NCBI RefSeq assembly: GCF_004010195.1
Contig: NC_057720.1
Location: forward strand, 28,337,772-28,401,771
From: Chiloscyllium plagiosum
Lineage: Eukaryota
Direction: 5' to 3'
Length of the DNA: 64,000 nt
Part shown: positions 49,758 to 60,876 of the stretch, piece by piece
Numbering within the stretch: position 1 is the stretch's first letter
Layout: every line of letters starts with the position of its first letter
Notes under the pieces: model-generated
Seen by the model: the letters and a program-made list of their open reading frames with translations, nothing else
Databases searched by the model: none
Told to the model about the DNA's origin: nothing
Translations under genes and position numbers: made by a program

Positions 49758-52700
49758 GCATTGGTGTGGCATTGATAATTCTATTCATCATTTGCAAGTA
49801 AAAGTCACAATGAAATCCATCATCTCTCCTCTTGGTTCTTAACCCAATTGTGTTGAACAGGTTGAATTGGATGGGCAAGTTACACATCAATAATGTAATA
49901 ATTTTGGCTCGACTTCAATTTCACCTTCCCTTGTAAGTTCTTGGAATATCTTCTAAATATTTTTTGTATTTTATTTTTCCTGAAAACATCCTGTATTTTG
50001 CATTTGAGTACCAGAAAACAAATATGCTGGCTTTGTCTTCAAAGCCTGCTGTATGAAAGTTTTATGAGGTGTGAAGGATGTTAGCTTTTTGGCCATAGAA
50101 GCTTCTTGCCCAGCATGTTGTATTTATTGAATAGTTCTCTGGAGACAGTATGTGCTGAATGGTCAGAAGTTAACATTGACATTTGGGATTTTGCTTGTTA
50201 TTCTGTGCAAGCTGTTACTGGACAACGGCAGGCTTCTGCTTTCCATATTCATCACCAGCAATAGAGACAGGAAATAAGTAACATAGTTCTAATAAATGAA
50301 AAAAAGTCTCATTATTCCCATGATCTGGATCATAACAATGTGACAGCCGAGATGAGACAACATTATTGGATTCTGACCGGTACCACTTCTCACCATAATA
50401 AATCGAGTTGTCATTTGGTGCTGGTGTGACATTTTCCTAGTGTTTTTATAACTATTTGTGATCCATGTTTTACAATCCTTTTCTTCCTCCTGTAATGTGA
50501 CATTCTTGACCACATCACAGTAATTTAGTTAATCCAGCATGTGTAAAACTAAACCTTCTCTATCTCTGGCTATAACTGGGAATCCCTTTTATTGGTTAAC
50601 CTGGCGAGATCTATCTACAAGAATAGCATAATAGGTGTTAGCTTCCATGCATCTGGATATATGCACTCTGGAGATAAGAGAGGTAGGTCATATACAGTTG
50701 GCTGTATGTTAGTATCACAAAGTGGAGCTGCAATACGTTGAATAGATATTGCTTAAAAAAACAGCAGGAAGTCTTGAGTTGCATTTGGTGTCAGATTCTA
50801 AAGGTCCAAAATTGTACCATAAAACCAAACTAAGTTCTTAATCACATTACCAACAGCATCGTCCAGCATTCTGTTCTTATAATTAGACTTGATTTACAGC
50901 CAGCTTCAAATAATAATGATCTTGTTAATGTTGAATTTGCTTTGTGCATTTCTTGTGCAGTGTCACTTGTTTCCTCACTCTGTCCCAGCATTCTATGATC
51001 TGTATGTTGTTGCTTACTATGATCTGTCTGTACTACTCTCAAAGCTTTTCACTGTACTTAGATACGCATGACTATAATAATCGAATTAATACAATTCAGA
51101 TCCGTTTTAAGTTGCTGTATGAATCAACCAGTGACAGGTTTTGAGTACTATTTAATTTTGACATTCAACTCTCACAGTATGTATGGACCAAACCTCTTAG
51201 ATCATGCACTTGGTGGTAATCTAGAATGTTAGAATTCTATGCTACCAGAACTCACCTGAGGCCTGGAGTCCATCTGTGATCTTAGGCATTGGGGTATGCA
51301 TTCTTGCCACTGGTGATAATGATGAGCTGTCATCTTCTAATTTGTCAGTAACTGTCAGCAGACTCTGTCACCAGGGACTTGGTTCCATTGCACCTTCCCC
51401 AGAGAACTGACAGAACTCAACTGGTAAATGAAACCCACCATCAGCTAAACTAAATTCAAGCCTATATTATAGATCAGCTGCTAAGATTGATTCAGTCTTA
51501 CCAAACTATTTTAACCAACCAGGAAAAAATTGAAGCAAATGTTGGAAATTTTCAGCCTATCAGTAAGCATTTGTAAAGAGAAAAGATGAATAACCCATTC
51601 TCTATCCTTTCTTCATAGCCCTGCAAATTTTCCCTTTTGAAAGCCATGATTGACTCTGGCTCTATCACACTCTCAATACATTCCTTACTCAACTTCTCCC
51701 TGCTTAAAAGAAAGCGATTCCTCGTGTCACTGTTGTTTCATTCATCAATCATGTTAAATCTATCGGTTTTTTACCTTATTTTTCATTTATAGCTTTCTGG
51801 ACTTGACATTGAGTTCAGACCTTGAACTCTGTCCTCCATTTGTTTCCCCACCCTCTCCCTCTCTCTCTCTCTCTCTCTTATTTTCTGTCTTTTTTTAATG
51901 CCCACATCTGTTTTTCATGGAGTTGCCTTCAGCAGAGCTGGCCTAAATTGTCCTTTTAACGCCTACTATTAACACCTGGTCTAGACCTATATCCCTTCTT
52001 TATAACCATTACCACTTGGTTTGCCTTTTGTTCTCTGATCCCTGTGATCACTAATCTCAATCACCTCTCCGACCTTACTCTCATCTTTCTTCTATTTCCC
52101 TTCCTCCTTTCCCCTTGTTTCTGAAGTATAAAGCTCTCAAAGGTTACAGGAAAAGGGCAGGAAAGTGGAAGTGAGGACTGTTGGATTAGCCATGATTCTA
52201 ATGAATGGGAGATCAGGCTGGTGGAGCCAAATGGCTCACTCCTGTTCCTTTTTGTTATGGTCTTAAGGCTTTCTGTCTCTACTGATGCCGCCATCCTTGC
52301 TGCCTTTTTTTAATAGATTTCCGGTTATCAATAGTATTTTCCTTTTGTTACCTAAAATCTATTGCCTGGTTGATAAGTCTTTTCCAATGAGAATAGTTTC
52401 CAACTGCTACTTTGTCAACACTTTTCATGATTTTGAACACCTCTATAAAATCTCTGAATGTTTCTTTGATAGGGAGATTCATATTCTCCAAACTGTCCTC
52501 AACTGAAAAACCACAACGTCAACCAAGACCAAAATTCTTTCTGTTTGACATACTTTCTAAATGGTAGCATCCAGAATCAGACACAGTCTTCATTTGTTGC
52601 CAAACCAATGTTTTATAAAGGTTTATCATAGTTTGCTTGCTTTTCTTTACTGTATTCTCCTGTATTCATAAAGCACAGGAACCAGTATACCTTTTTAAGT

Positions 52701-52867
52701 ACTTTTTCCAGTCTGCCTTGCCATCTCTCCTTCAGAACATTTTAGAATTGTATCTTTCCTTCTGTTTGCTTCTTTCTACGAAAGTATATCACCTCACACT
52801 TCTCTGTATTAAATTTCATCAGTACTGTGCCGTTCTATGCCCTCAGCCTATCTGTTTCCTCTTGAAG

Positions 52868-53067
52868 AGCACAGCAGTTCAGGCAGCATCCGAGGAGCAG
52901 TAAAATCGACATTTCGGGCAAAAGCCCTTCATCAAGAATAAAGATGAAGGGCTTTTGCCCGAAACGTCGATTTTACTGCTCCTCGGATGCTGCCTGAACT
53001 GCCGTGCTCTTCCAGCACCATTAATCCAGAATCTGGTTTCCAGCATCTGCAGTCATTGTCTTTGCCT
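52868..53067. mobile_element. Fold-back PLE-terminal element (family A)
   Basis: 70-bp inverted arms 52864-52933 and 52943-53012; 15-bp TSD tgtttcctcttgaag at 52853-52867 and 53068-53082. Confidence 0.93.
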
Positions 53068-53926
53068 TGTTTCCTCTTGAAGTCTAACTATCCTCCTTTC
53101 AGTTCACAATACTTCCTCAATTTGTGCCTTCCTGGTACTTAGCAAACTTCACACCCACGCTGCCTCTGTTCCTTTTATTCCATGTCTTTAGCTTTTCTGA
53201 CTTAAGCTTATTACTTGACACTGTATCAAATCCTAATTGGAAGTCAATGTTGATTCCTTCAATACCCTCATCAACTTACAATTGCCTCAGATAAAATGGA
53301 TAAGATTGGAAAAAGGAAAAATGAACAGAAGGTCCAAATTGGAAATGGCTATTGTTGGAGGCGATGTGTAAAACATAATGGCATACGGGGCTATCATGGC
53401 AAAGAGATGCAGTACCATTCATCACTTTGACTAAGATGGCATTCTTACTTTCACCCCCTAAAAAGTGACTTAAACTTTTCATTTTATACATGAATATATT
53501 AAGTTGGACTCATCTAGATGACAGAAAGATGCACTTTCAACTCATTAGTCTGACCTTAATTTAAGTCCAAATCTCAAATCAGAAAAGGCAGTGTTACAAC
53601 CCTTGTCACCTAGCTCATTCAGGCTTGCCAGCTTCATGTAAAATTCCACTTTATGATGCAGGAAACTAGTTTAATGATTAAACTATTCAAGATTATAACC
53701 CCTTAGGCTTTTCTGACAAGACATTACTAATAACTTGACAGCAAATTAATCCCAGACAGAGGAAAAAATATTAACTGCAGACCATTTGCAGACATGGTGA
53801 CGTTGCTATAGAATGTTTAGTGACAAAGATAATTTGTGATTGAATTTCAATGTTGAGTTTTTTTCTACTTGTGGATATTTTGTTGAGTATTAACGGATGA
53901 ATGTGTAACAAGAATTCTAAATTGTG

Positions 53927-54070
53927 TTTTCATTTCTCAGTTCTTTTTATCAGGAGTTTTTTTAATGTTTGGACTAATATTGTGTGGACTCAGCCAGTAG
54001 TAGCATGAAGGGTAAATTCCTGTTAAGTAATTCATAACCAATTGTAAAGTTGAGTCATGAATTAAAATTT
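53927..54070 (+). repeat. Copy 1 of a ~144-bp dispersed direct duplication
   Basis: Matches 55651-55794 with 2 substitutions. Confidence 0.95.
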
Positions 54071-55650
54071 TAATTTTCAATGGTTCCTATTTTATGTTGA
54101 TGCTTTTGACTGATAATATGCCACTAACAAGGGCACTGTTCTTTTAACATTAAAATGACATTATTGCATTTGATGCTCTATGCTTTTGCATGACTGTAAT
54201 GTGGAAGGTGTTCTGTTTGTTGCTTTGAAAACTTTTTCCTTGATCCTTTACTCAATTTTATTTTTATTTCTGGTTGGAAAACAGGTAATAGTGTTAGATG
54301 TTATTGATGCAATGGTCTTTCCATATTGCAGATTACAATTCCATAGTTTTTAATAGTATAGTTGAAAGGAAATAGTTACCACAAGAACGTTACCTTTTTA
54401 AAACTCTATAAAAACTGTTGACCAGTTATAGTTCTCTTGAATTTTGAAGCCTTTCTTCCAGATTTTTTGCCTTCACACATTATCCAGTTTGATCAATTAG
54501 GGACGAGATTGCTGTTCTCAATCTCAATTACTATTTTTGACATACACATAGGTGGGGGAGGGAAGGAGGGTATGTAGCAATGAGTCTTTTCAGACCCAAC
54601 TGAAAATGGTACTGATCAATAATACTGGAGCTGTCATGCTGAAGGTGAAGCTTAATCATGTGGATGGTCCATGTGCACGTCTGGAGCCAATAGCTCCTTC
54701 ACCTTCTCAAAGCATATGAGGTTGTGACAGCAACATTTGGATCTTATGGTGTGAAACTACTCCATTTCTTTGTTTAAGTAAATTTGAATGGAAACTGCCG
54801 AAAGAAAATTATCCAGTGCAAATGTCTCTGAAATTTTAATCATCTCTGAGGAAAATAGTCTGCTTGTCTGATGGAACAACAGACTTGCAGATTAAGTGAA
54901 GTCGATCTATTTCAGTCGGAACATGTCTATAAGCACCCCATTAATAATTACAAATGTCGTGGAAATGCCTGGACTCAGACTCCTTCCTCAAATAAACACC
55001 ATTACTCTATTTTCTCACTCATTTTTCTGTGTGATTTTGAGGGTATCTCAAAATTACTTCCCGTATCTGTCCAGATTATTAACACATTCATTACTCAGTA
55101 TCATTCTGTGAGTGATTCTTACTACAGTTTCTCTAAGGTCTGATGTTTTGGCATGTGTTGTGGATGTAGCAAGTGGTGACAAGTTGATGTACAACGTGAA
55201 TAAATATATTTCTCCAGCATGAATGTTTTGCAATTGAGTTATGTTTCTACTGTCCCCTATTTGTGTGAAATTTAGTATTGCTATGGTTAGAATAAGTAGG
55301 TACAGTTGATCATTATGGAGAAGTACACAAGAACCCAAGTATTCCTTTGTGTAATTTATTTCATTTATAGCTAGGGCAGCTGTTCTGCAGATTTTGCAGG
55401 TGCAGTCAATGTGAGGGATCATTATTTTTATGACTTAGTTATTTAAATATATGAAGAATTTAAATGAGAATAAAATTAAACCATTTTAAGTTTTTTTTGT
55501 GTGTGCCTCACCAGTGTAGGCAATATTTGTACAACATGATTAGAGCATTGAGGAATCACTTGGCTAATCATTAACACATGCTAATGGATGAGCTGCCTTA
55601 AAACTGAACATAGACATTTTAAGACGTTCATAAAAACGCCAAATGGTGAT

Positions 55651-55794
55651 TTTTCATTTCTCAGTTCTTTTTATCAGGAGTTTTTTTAATGTTTGGACTA
55701 ATATTGTGTGGACTCAGCAAGTAGTAGCATGAAGGGTAAATTCCTGTTTAGTAATTCATAACCAATTGTAAAGTTGAGTCATGAATTAAAATTT
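55651..55794 (+). repeat. Copy 2 of a ~144-bp dispersed direct duplication
   Basis: Matches 53927-54070 with 2 substitutions. Confidence 0.95.
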
Positions 55795-57582
55795 CATTTT
55801 CTAATAACCTGATATTAAGCTTTAACATTGCTCCTTTTATTCGCAATTGATAGTACCTCAGGTGACGTAAGGTAAATCTCAGCCAAAAACACTCTTTGGC
55901 TTTGTTAGATGCTTCTAGAAGTTCAACATTCATTTGTTTAAAGAGACATCGTTCAACCAGTTAAGTGTAATATTTTGAAGTCAAAGCTGTCATGATATGG
56001 GGTATGGTGTAGGATCTTCTGTACGTCATCAGTTATGTGCTTCATACGTGTAGGGAGATTCAAGTGTAAGACAGGCTACATAGAAGTGACGATGAGTGGA
56101 GAGATGGTTCTTTCCATGGAAGAGGAGAAGGGAACTCAAAGGACAAAAGCATAGCTACCACTTGTAAAAGCTACTTGGAGCTAATTGAAAAACAGGTTCC
56201 CTAATTATTCTTTCAAACAACAACTTAGCTTTATGTTGCACTTTTAACACAATGAATGCCCCCAAGAACTGTATAAGAACATTGTAATGCAAAATATAAC
56301 ACCAAGCAACGCCAGGCGGTATTAAATTAGATGATCAAAAGCTTTTTTAATGAATAGAGTGAAAGGTTTAAGAAGGTTGTAAGGAGCAATGCAAGTTGGA
56401 CAGGCAGAGTAACGTAGTGAAGGAATTCTAGAGACTGGGACCTCAACAAATGAATGCATCGCCACCAATGGTGAAGTAATTACATTTAAAAATACACAAA
56501 AGATCAGAATTAGAAGAGTGCGCTTAGACAGTATTACACGGGGTAGAGAGATTCAAGAATTGGGTAACTTGAAAACTAGAATGAGAAAACAAAGGTCAAT
56601 AAAAAATTGATGTATGACTCAGGAATGGCTAAAAGGCTGAGAAGAGAATATTGAGGGAAGCGGAAATAGTCTATACCCATTTTATTTTCCATTTACTTTA
56701 AAGGTATTCTAAGTTAAGAATATTTGCATCATTCACTTTGTTGAATTATGTTGAATTTAACTTAACTCACTTGCAGTCATCTCTTCAGTGAGACGTGGAT
56801 GGTCTGGGATGCTATTATTTGACTACTGACCTTTAGCTGATGTCAGATAAGAGCTTGTACCCGCATCTGCTGTGATTTTGCCTTTTAATAGCTTATAGCT
56901 GCGATTCACAACTTTTTCTTTCAAACTTCTGGTTGTGTTTATTTGACTTTAGTAGTTTCTCTTCTCCCCATGATAAATTTTGCGTGTAGGAAATAATTTA
57001 GCTACAAAAAAAAAGTTCCCAGAAGGAAATCGTTTGCAGTAAGATTTAGTATTAAAGTGTAAACCTGGTCTTCAAAATTAGAAAACTGGAGATTTGTAGC
57101 TTGGTGCTCTTTTGCTGCTTCAAGGAAGGTCATGTCACAGTATGGAATATATGGAAAGATTTAAAATTGAGGGTAAAAAGCTTCAGTATTCCTTCTTATC
57201 TAACTCCTGTTTTTAACTTTGCTGGCTTGGAATCAATATGATTTTCAATGTCAGGTCTTTGGTCAATTATCAAGTTAAATTGCTCTCTCTCCTCAGCTTC
57301 TGGCTGACAGTGTGTCACAGCACTGATATGAAGAGGCTTTTTGAAAGGCTTTTAGATAAGAACAATTTTTCTCAAATTGTGTTGGAATTACAGCTTACCA
57401 GTGCAATTTTAAACTGATAGCTTCAAAATGATAGCTGGGGCTCAAAAACAGATTTTCAACTCGGACCACTTTGTCATTGCTGGTCTGACATTCCTCTGTC
57501 GAGTCACAATACTAAAATAGTGTTTTAACAAGGACCTTCTTCTAATTTAGCTCATGTTTGCTTGGAAATGAGTAATAAGGTC

Positions 57583-57810
57583 TTAGAGATGTATAGCACG
57601 GAAACAGACCTTTAGGTCCAACTTATCCATGCCGACCAGATATCCTAAACTAATCCAGTCCCATTTGCCAGCACTTGTTCCATATCTCTCTAAACCTTTC
57701 CTATTTACTTCCCATCCAGATGCCTTTTAAATGTTGTACTTGTACAGCCTCCACTATTTTCTTCGGCAATTCGTACTGTACATGTACCACCCTCTGTGAG
57801 AAAACATTTG
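57583..57810 (-). mobile_element. CR1/HER1 3' fragment
   Basis: 'tagagatgtatagcacggaaacagacc...cccatttgccagcacttg'. Confidence 0.85.
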
Positions 57811-57839
57811 CATTTGGTCCTTCAAACCATCTTTGTGTT

Positions 57840-59310
57840 TTTTAATATATTTTAATGGAATGTGAGCATCTCTGGCAAGTACAGCATTTATTAGCCATCC
57901 CTAATTATCCTTGAGAAGATTGTAGTAAACTGCCTTCTGGTATGGGGAAAAGGAAGGAAATTTCAGGATTTTGATCCAATGTCAGTGAAGTGATACGAGT
58001 ACCTAATTGACAGCAAAGTTCTGGTGGTTATGAAAGTTTTTTTTTCACTCTCTATTGTATAGATACATTCATAATGATATTAACAAGGCAGTACAGAATT
58101 TTGACGCAGTGATGATGAAGTAAGGATTATATGATTCCAAGTCAGGACAGTACATGATTTGGAGGAACTTGAAACTTGAAGGAGATGCTATTTCCATGTT
58201 CCTGCTCTCATTACTCCTCCATATTTGGAAAGATTCTTTCAACAACTACTCAGTCCCAATCCTGTCATCTCTACCATCTGGAAGCACAAAGTTGTTTCAA
58301 GTTGGAACAAATTACTGTAAGTTCCTGCTCCAAACCACATGCTATCCTGGAACTATATCGCCATTCCTTTACTGAACAATATCAACATTCTGGAATTCCC
58401 TTGCAAGCAGAATTGTGTATCTGCACAAAATAGATTACAGCAATTCACAAAAGTGAATCATTCACCATTCATTCGCAAATCCTGGAACTGATGAAAATAT
58501 GTTGCTGAAGAAGCCTTGGAAAATTGCATCAAGGCATCTTGCAGGTGGTACATACAGTGCTACCACTGTCTGCCACTCATAGAATTAAAGTTTAAGGCGG
58601 TGAATGGATGCAGTCAACAAGCTGATTTGCCCAAGATGATGTTGAGCTGCTTGAGTTTTGTTGGAGCAAGTGGGGTGTTTCAATCAAATTCCTGATGACA
58701 GGCTTTGGAAAGTCAGGAAGTGAGTTACTCAGTGCAGAATTCCCAGCCTCAGACCTACTGTGGAGCTATAGTATTTTTGGTTGGTCCACTCAACGTTCTG
58801 ATTAATACTAACTTCTAGGATGCTTATGGTGGGGATTTAGTGATGTAACTGCCAATGAAAATTAAGAAGAAATGATTAAATTCTCACTTAGTAAAAATGG
58901 GCCTTGACCAACTTTTGATGCTTCAAATATTACTTGCCACCTATCAAAGCAAGCCTCAGCATAGTCCAAGTCCTGCTGCACATGAGCACAGAATGAATCA
59001 GTGTATGGACATTGGATCTGGAGTAGGCCATTCAGCCTGTCAAACCTGCTCCACCAAGTAGTTGTGAATGGTACTGAATGCTGTGCAATTATCTATAAAT
59101 ACCCACTGTTCTTATGAAGGTGGAAAGGTTATTGGTAGAAGAGCTTCACCACTAGGTTTGGCCTGTAGCCACTCAAAACTCCAGCTGTGATGTCCTGGGG
59201 CTTGATAAATGGATCATTTTCCATTGATTCCATTCACGAGGGTTCCTTGAATCATCACACTGTCAAATATTGCCTTGATGTTAATAGCAGTTACTGTCAC
59301 CTCACATTTT
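57840..59310 (-). mobile_element. Decayed, fragmented 3' part of the CR1-group LINE family
   Basis: Tail 'ggaatgtgagcatctctggcaagtacagcatttattagccatccctaattatccttgagaag' and blocks homologous to 44200-44860. Confidence 0.6.
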
Positions 59311-59407
59311 TTGCGTAACTGCAATTTTTAAATCTCAGAATGAGATTCTGTTCTTGTTTTGCATTTATCGATAGGGCTATAGTCAGTTAGTCTTTTGGAC
59401 TTTGCTC

Positions 59408-59625
59408 AAAACCAGAAATTGTTTGAAAAACACAGAAGGTCTGGCAGCATCTGTGGAGAGAAAGCAGAGTTAACGTTTCAGGTCCAGTGACCTTTCTTCA
59501 GAGTTCTGGAAGAAAAGGTCACTGGACCTGAAATGTTAACTCTGATTTCACTCTATAGATGTTGACAGATCTGCTGAGTTTTTCCAGCAATTTCTATTTT
59601 CATTTCTGATTTCTAGCATCCACTG
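59408..59625. mobile_element. Fold-back PLE-terminal element (family C) with back-to-back hammerhead motifs
   Basis: Inverted arms around ~59501; minus strand reads CUGAAGA AAGGUC-ACUG-GACCU GAAACGUU (59466-59501); mutated plus-strand copy at 59501-59542. Confidence 0.8.
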
Positions 59626-59734
59626 TTCTTTGGTTTTTTTAAATTTGCAGTTTTGTTACTTTTGCATTGCCCATGCTTATCTGTCATTTCTACTGGTCTC
59701 CTATTTAAGTAAGATGGAAGTTCAACATGTTTAC

Positions 59735-60876
59735 TGATTAGCAAGGTTAGATCTCATGGAATACAAGGAGAACTAGTCATTTGGATACAAAACTGGCTCC
59801 AAGGTAGAAGACAGAGGGTGGTGGTGGAGGGTTGTTTTTCAGACTGGAGGTCTATGACCAGTGCAGTGCCACAAGGATCGGTGCTAGGTCTACTATTTTT
59901 TATCATTTATATAAATGATTTGCATGTGAGCATAAGAGGTATAGTTAGCAAGTTTGCAGATGACACCAAATTTGGAGGTGTAGTGGACAGCGAAGAAGAT
60001 TACCTAAGATTACAATGGAATCTTGATCAGATGGGCTAATGTGCTGAGAAGTGGCAGAAGGAGTTTAATTTAGATAAATGTGAGGTTCTGCATTTTGGGA
60101 AAGCAAACCTTAGCAGAACTTATACACTTAATACTAAGGTCCTAGGGAGTGTTGTTGATTAAAGAGACCTTGGAGTGCAGGTTCATAGTTCCTTGAAAGT
60201 GGAGTCGCAGGTAGATAGGACAGTGAAGAAGGCATTTGGTATGCTTTCCTTTATTGGTCAGAGTATTGAGTATAGGAGTTGGGAGGTCATGTTGCAGCTG
60301 TACAGGACATTGGTTAGGCCACTGTTGGAATATTGTGTGCAATTCTGGTCTCGTTCCTATCGGAAAGATGTTGTGAAACTTGAAAGGGTTCAAGAAAGAT
60401 TTACACGGATGTTGCCAAGGTTGGAGGATTTGAGCGATAGGGAGAGGTTGAATAGGCTAGGGCTGTTTTCCGTGGAGCATCGGAGGCTGTGGGATGACCT
60501 TATTGAGGTTTATAAAATTATGAGGGGCATGGATAGGATAAATAGACAAAGTCTTTTCCCTGGAGTGGGGGAGTCCAGAATTAGAGGATGTTGGTTTAGA
60601 GTGAGAGGGGAAAGATATAAAAGAGATCTAAGAGGCCAAATTTTAATGCAGAGGGAGGTACATGTATGGAATGAACTGCCAAAGAAAATGGTGGAGGCTA
60701 GTACAATTGCAACATTTAAAAGGCATCTAGATAGGTATATGAATAGGAAGGGTTTGGAGGGATATGGTCCAGGTGCTGGAGGGTGGGACGAGATTGGGTT
60801 GGGATATCTGGTCGGCATGGGCGAGTTGGACTGAAGGGTCTGTTTCCGTGCTGTACATCTCTATGACTATGACTCT
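59735..60876 (+). mobile_element. CR1/HER1 LINE, 5'-truncated, relatively young
   Basis: 'VPQGSVLGLLFFIIYINDL...SKFADDTK' and a 219-aa C-terminal ORF '[18 protein letters not shown]...'; (ctatga)n tail. Confidence 0.95.

Noticed and set aside
50394..50489. 96-nt in-frame minus-strand exon candidate (EEEKDCKTW...)
   Set aside because: Weak polypyrimidine tract, unrecognisable peptide and no partner exons
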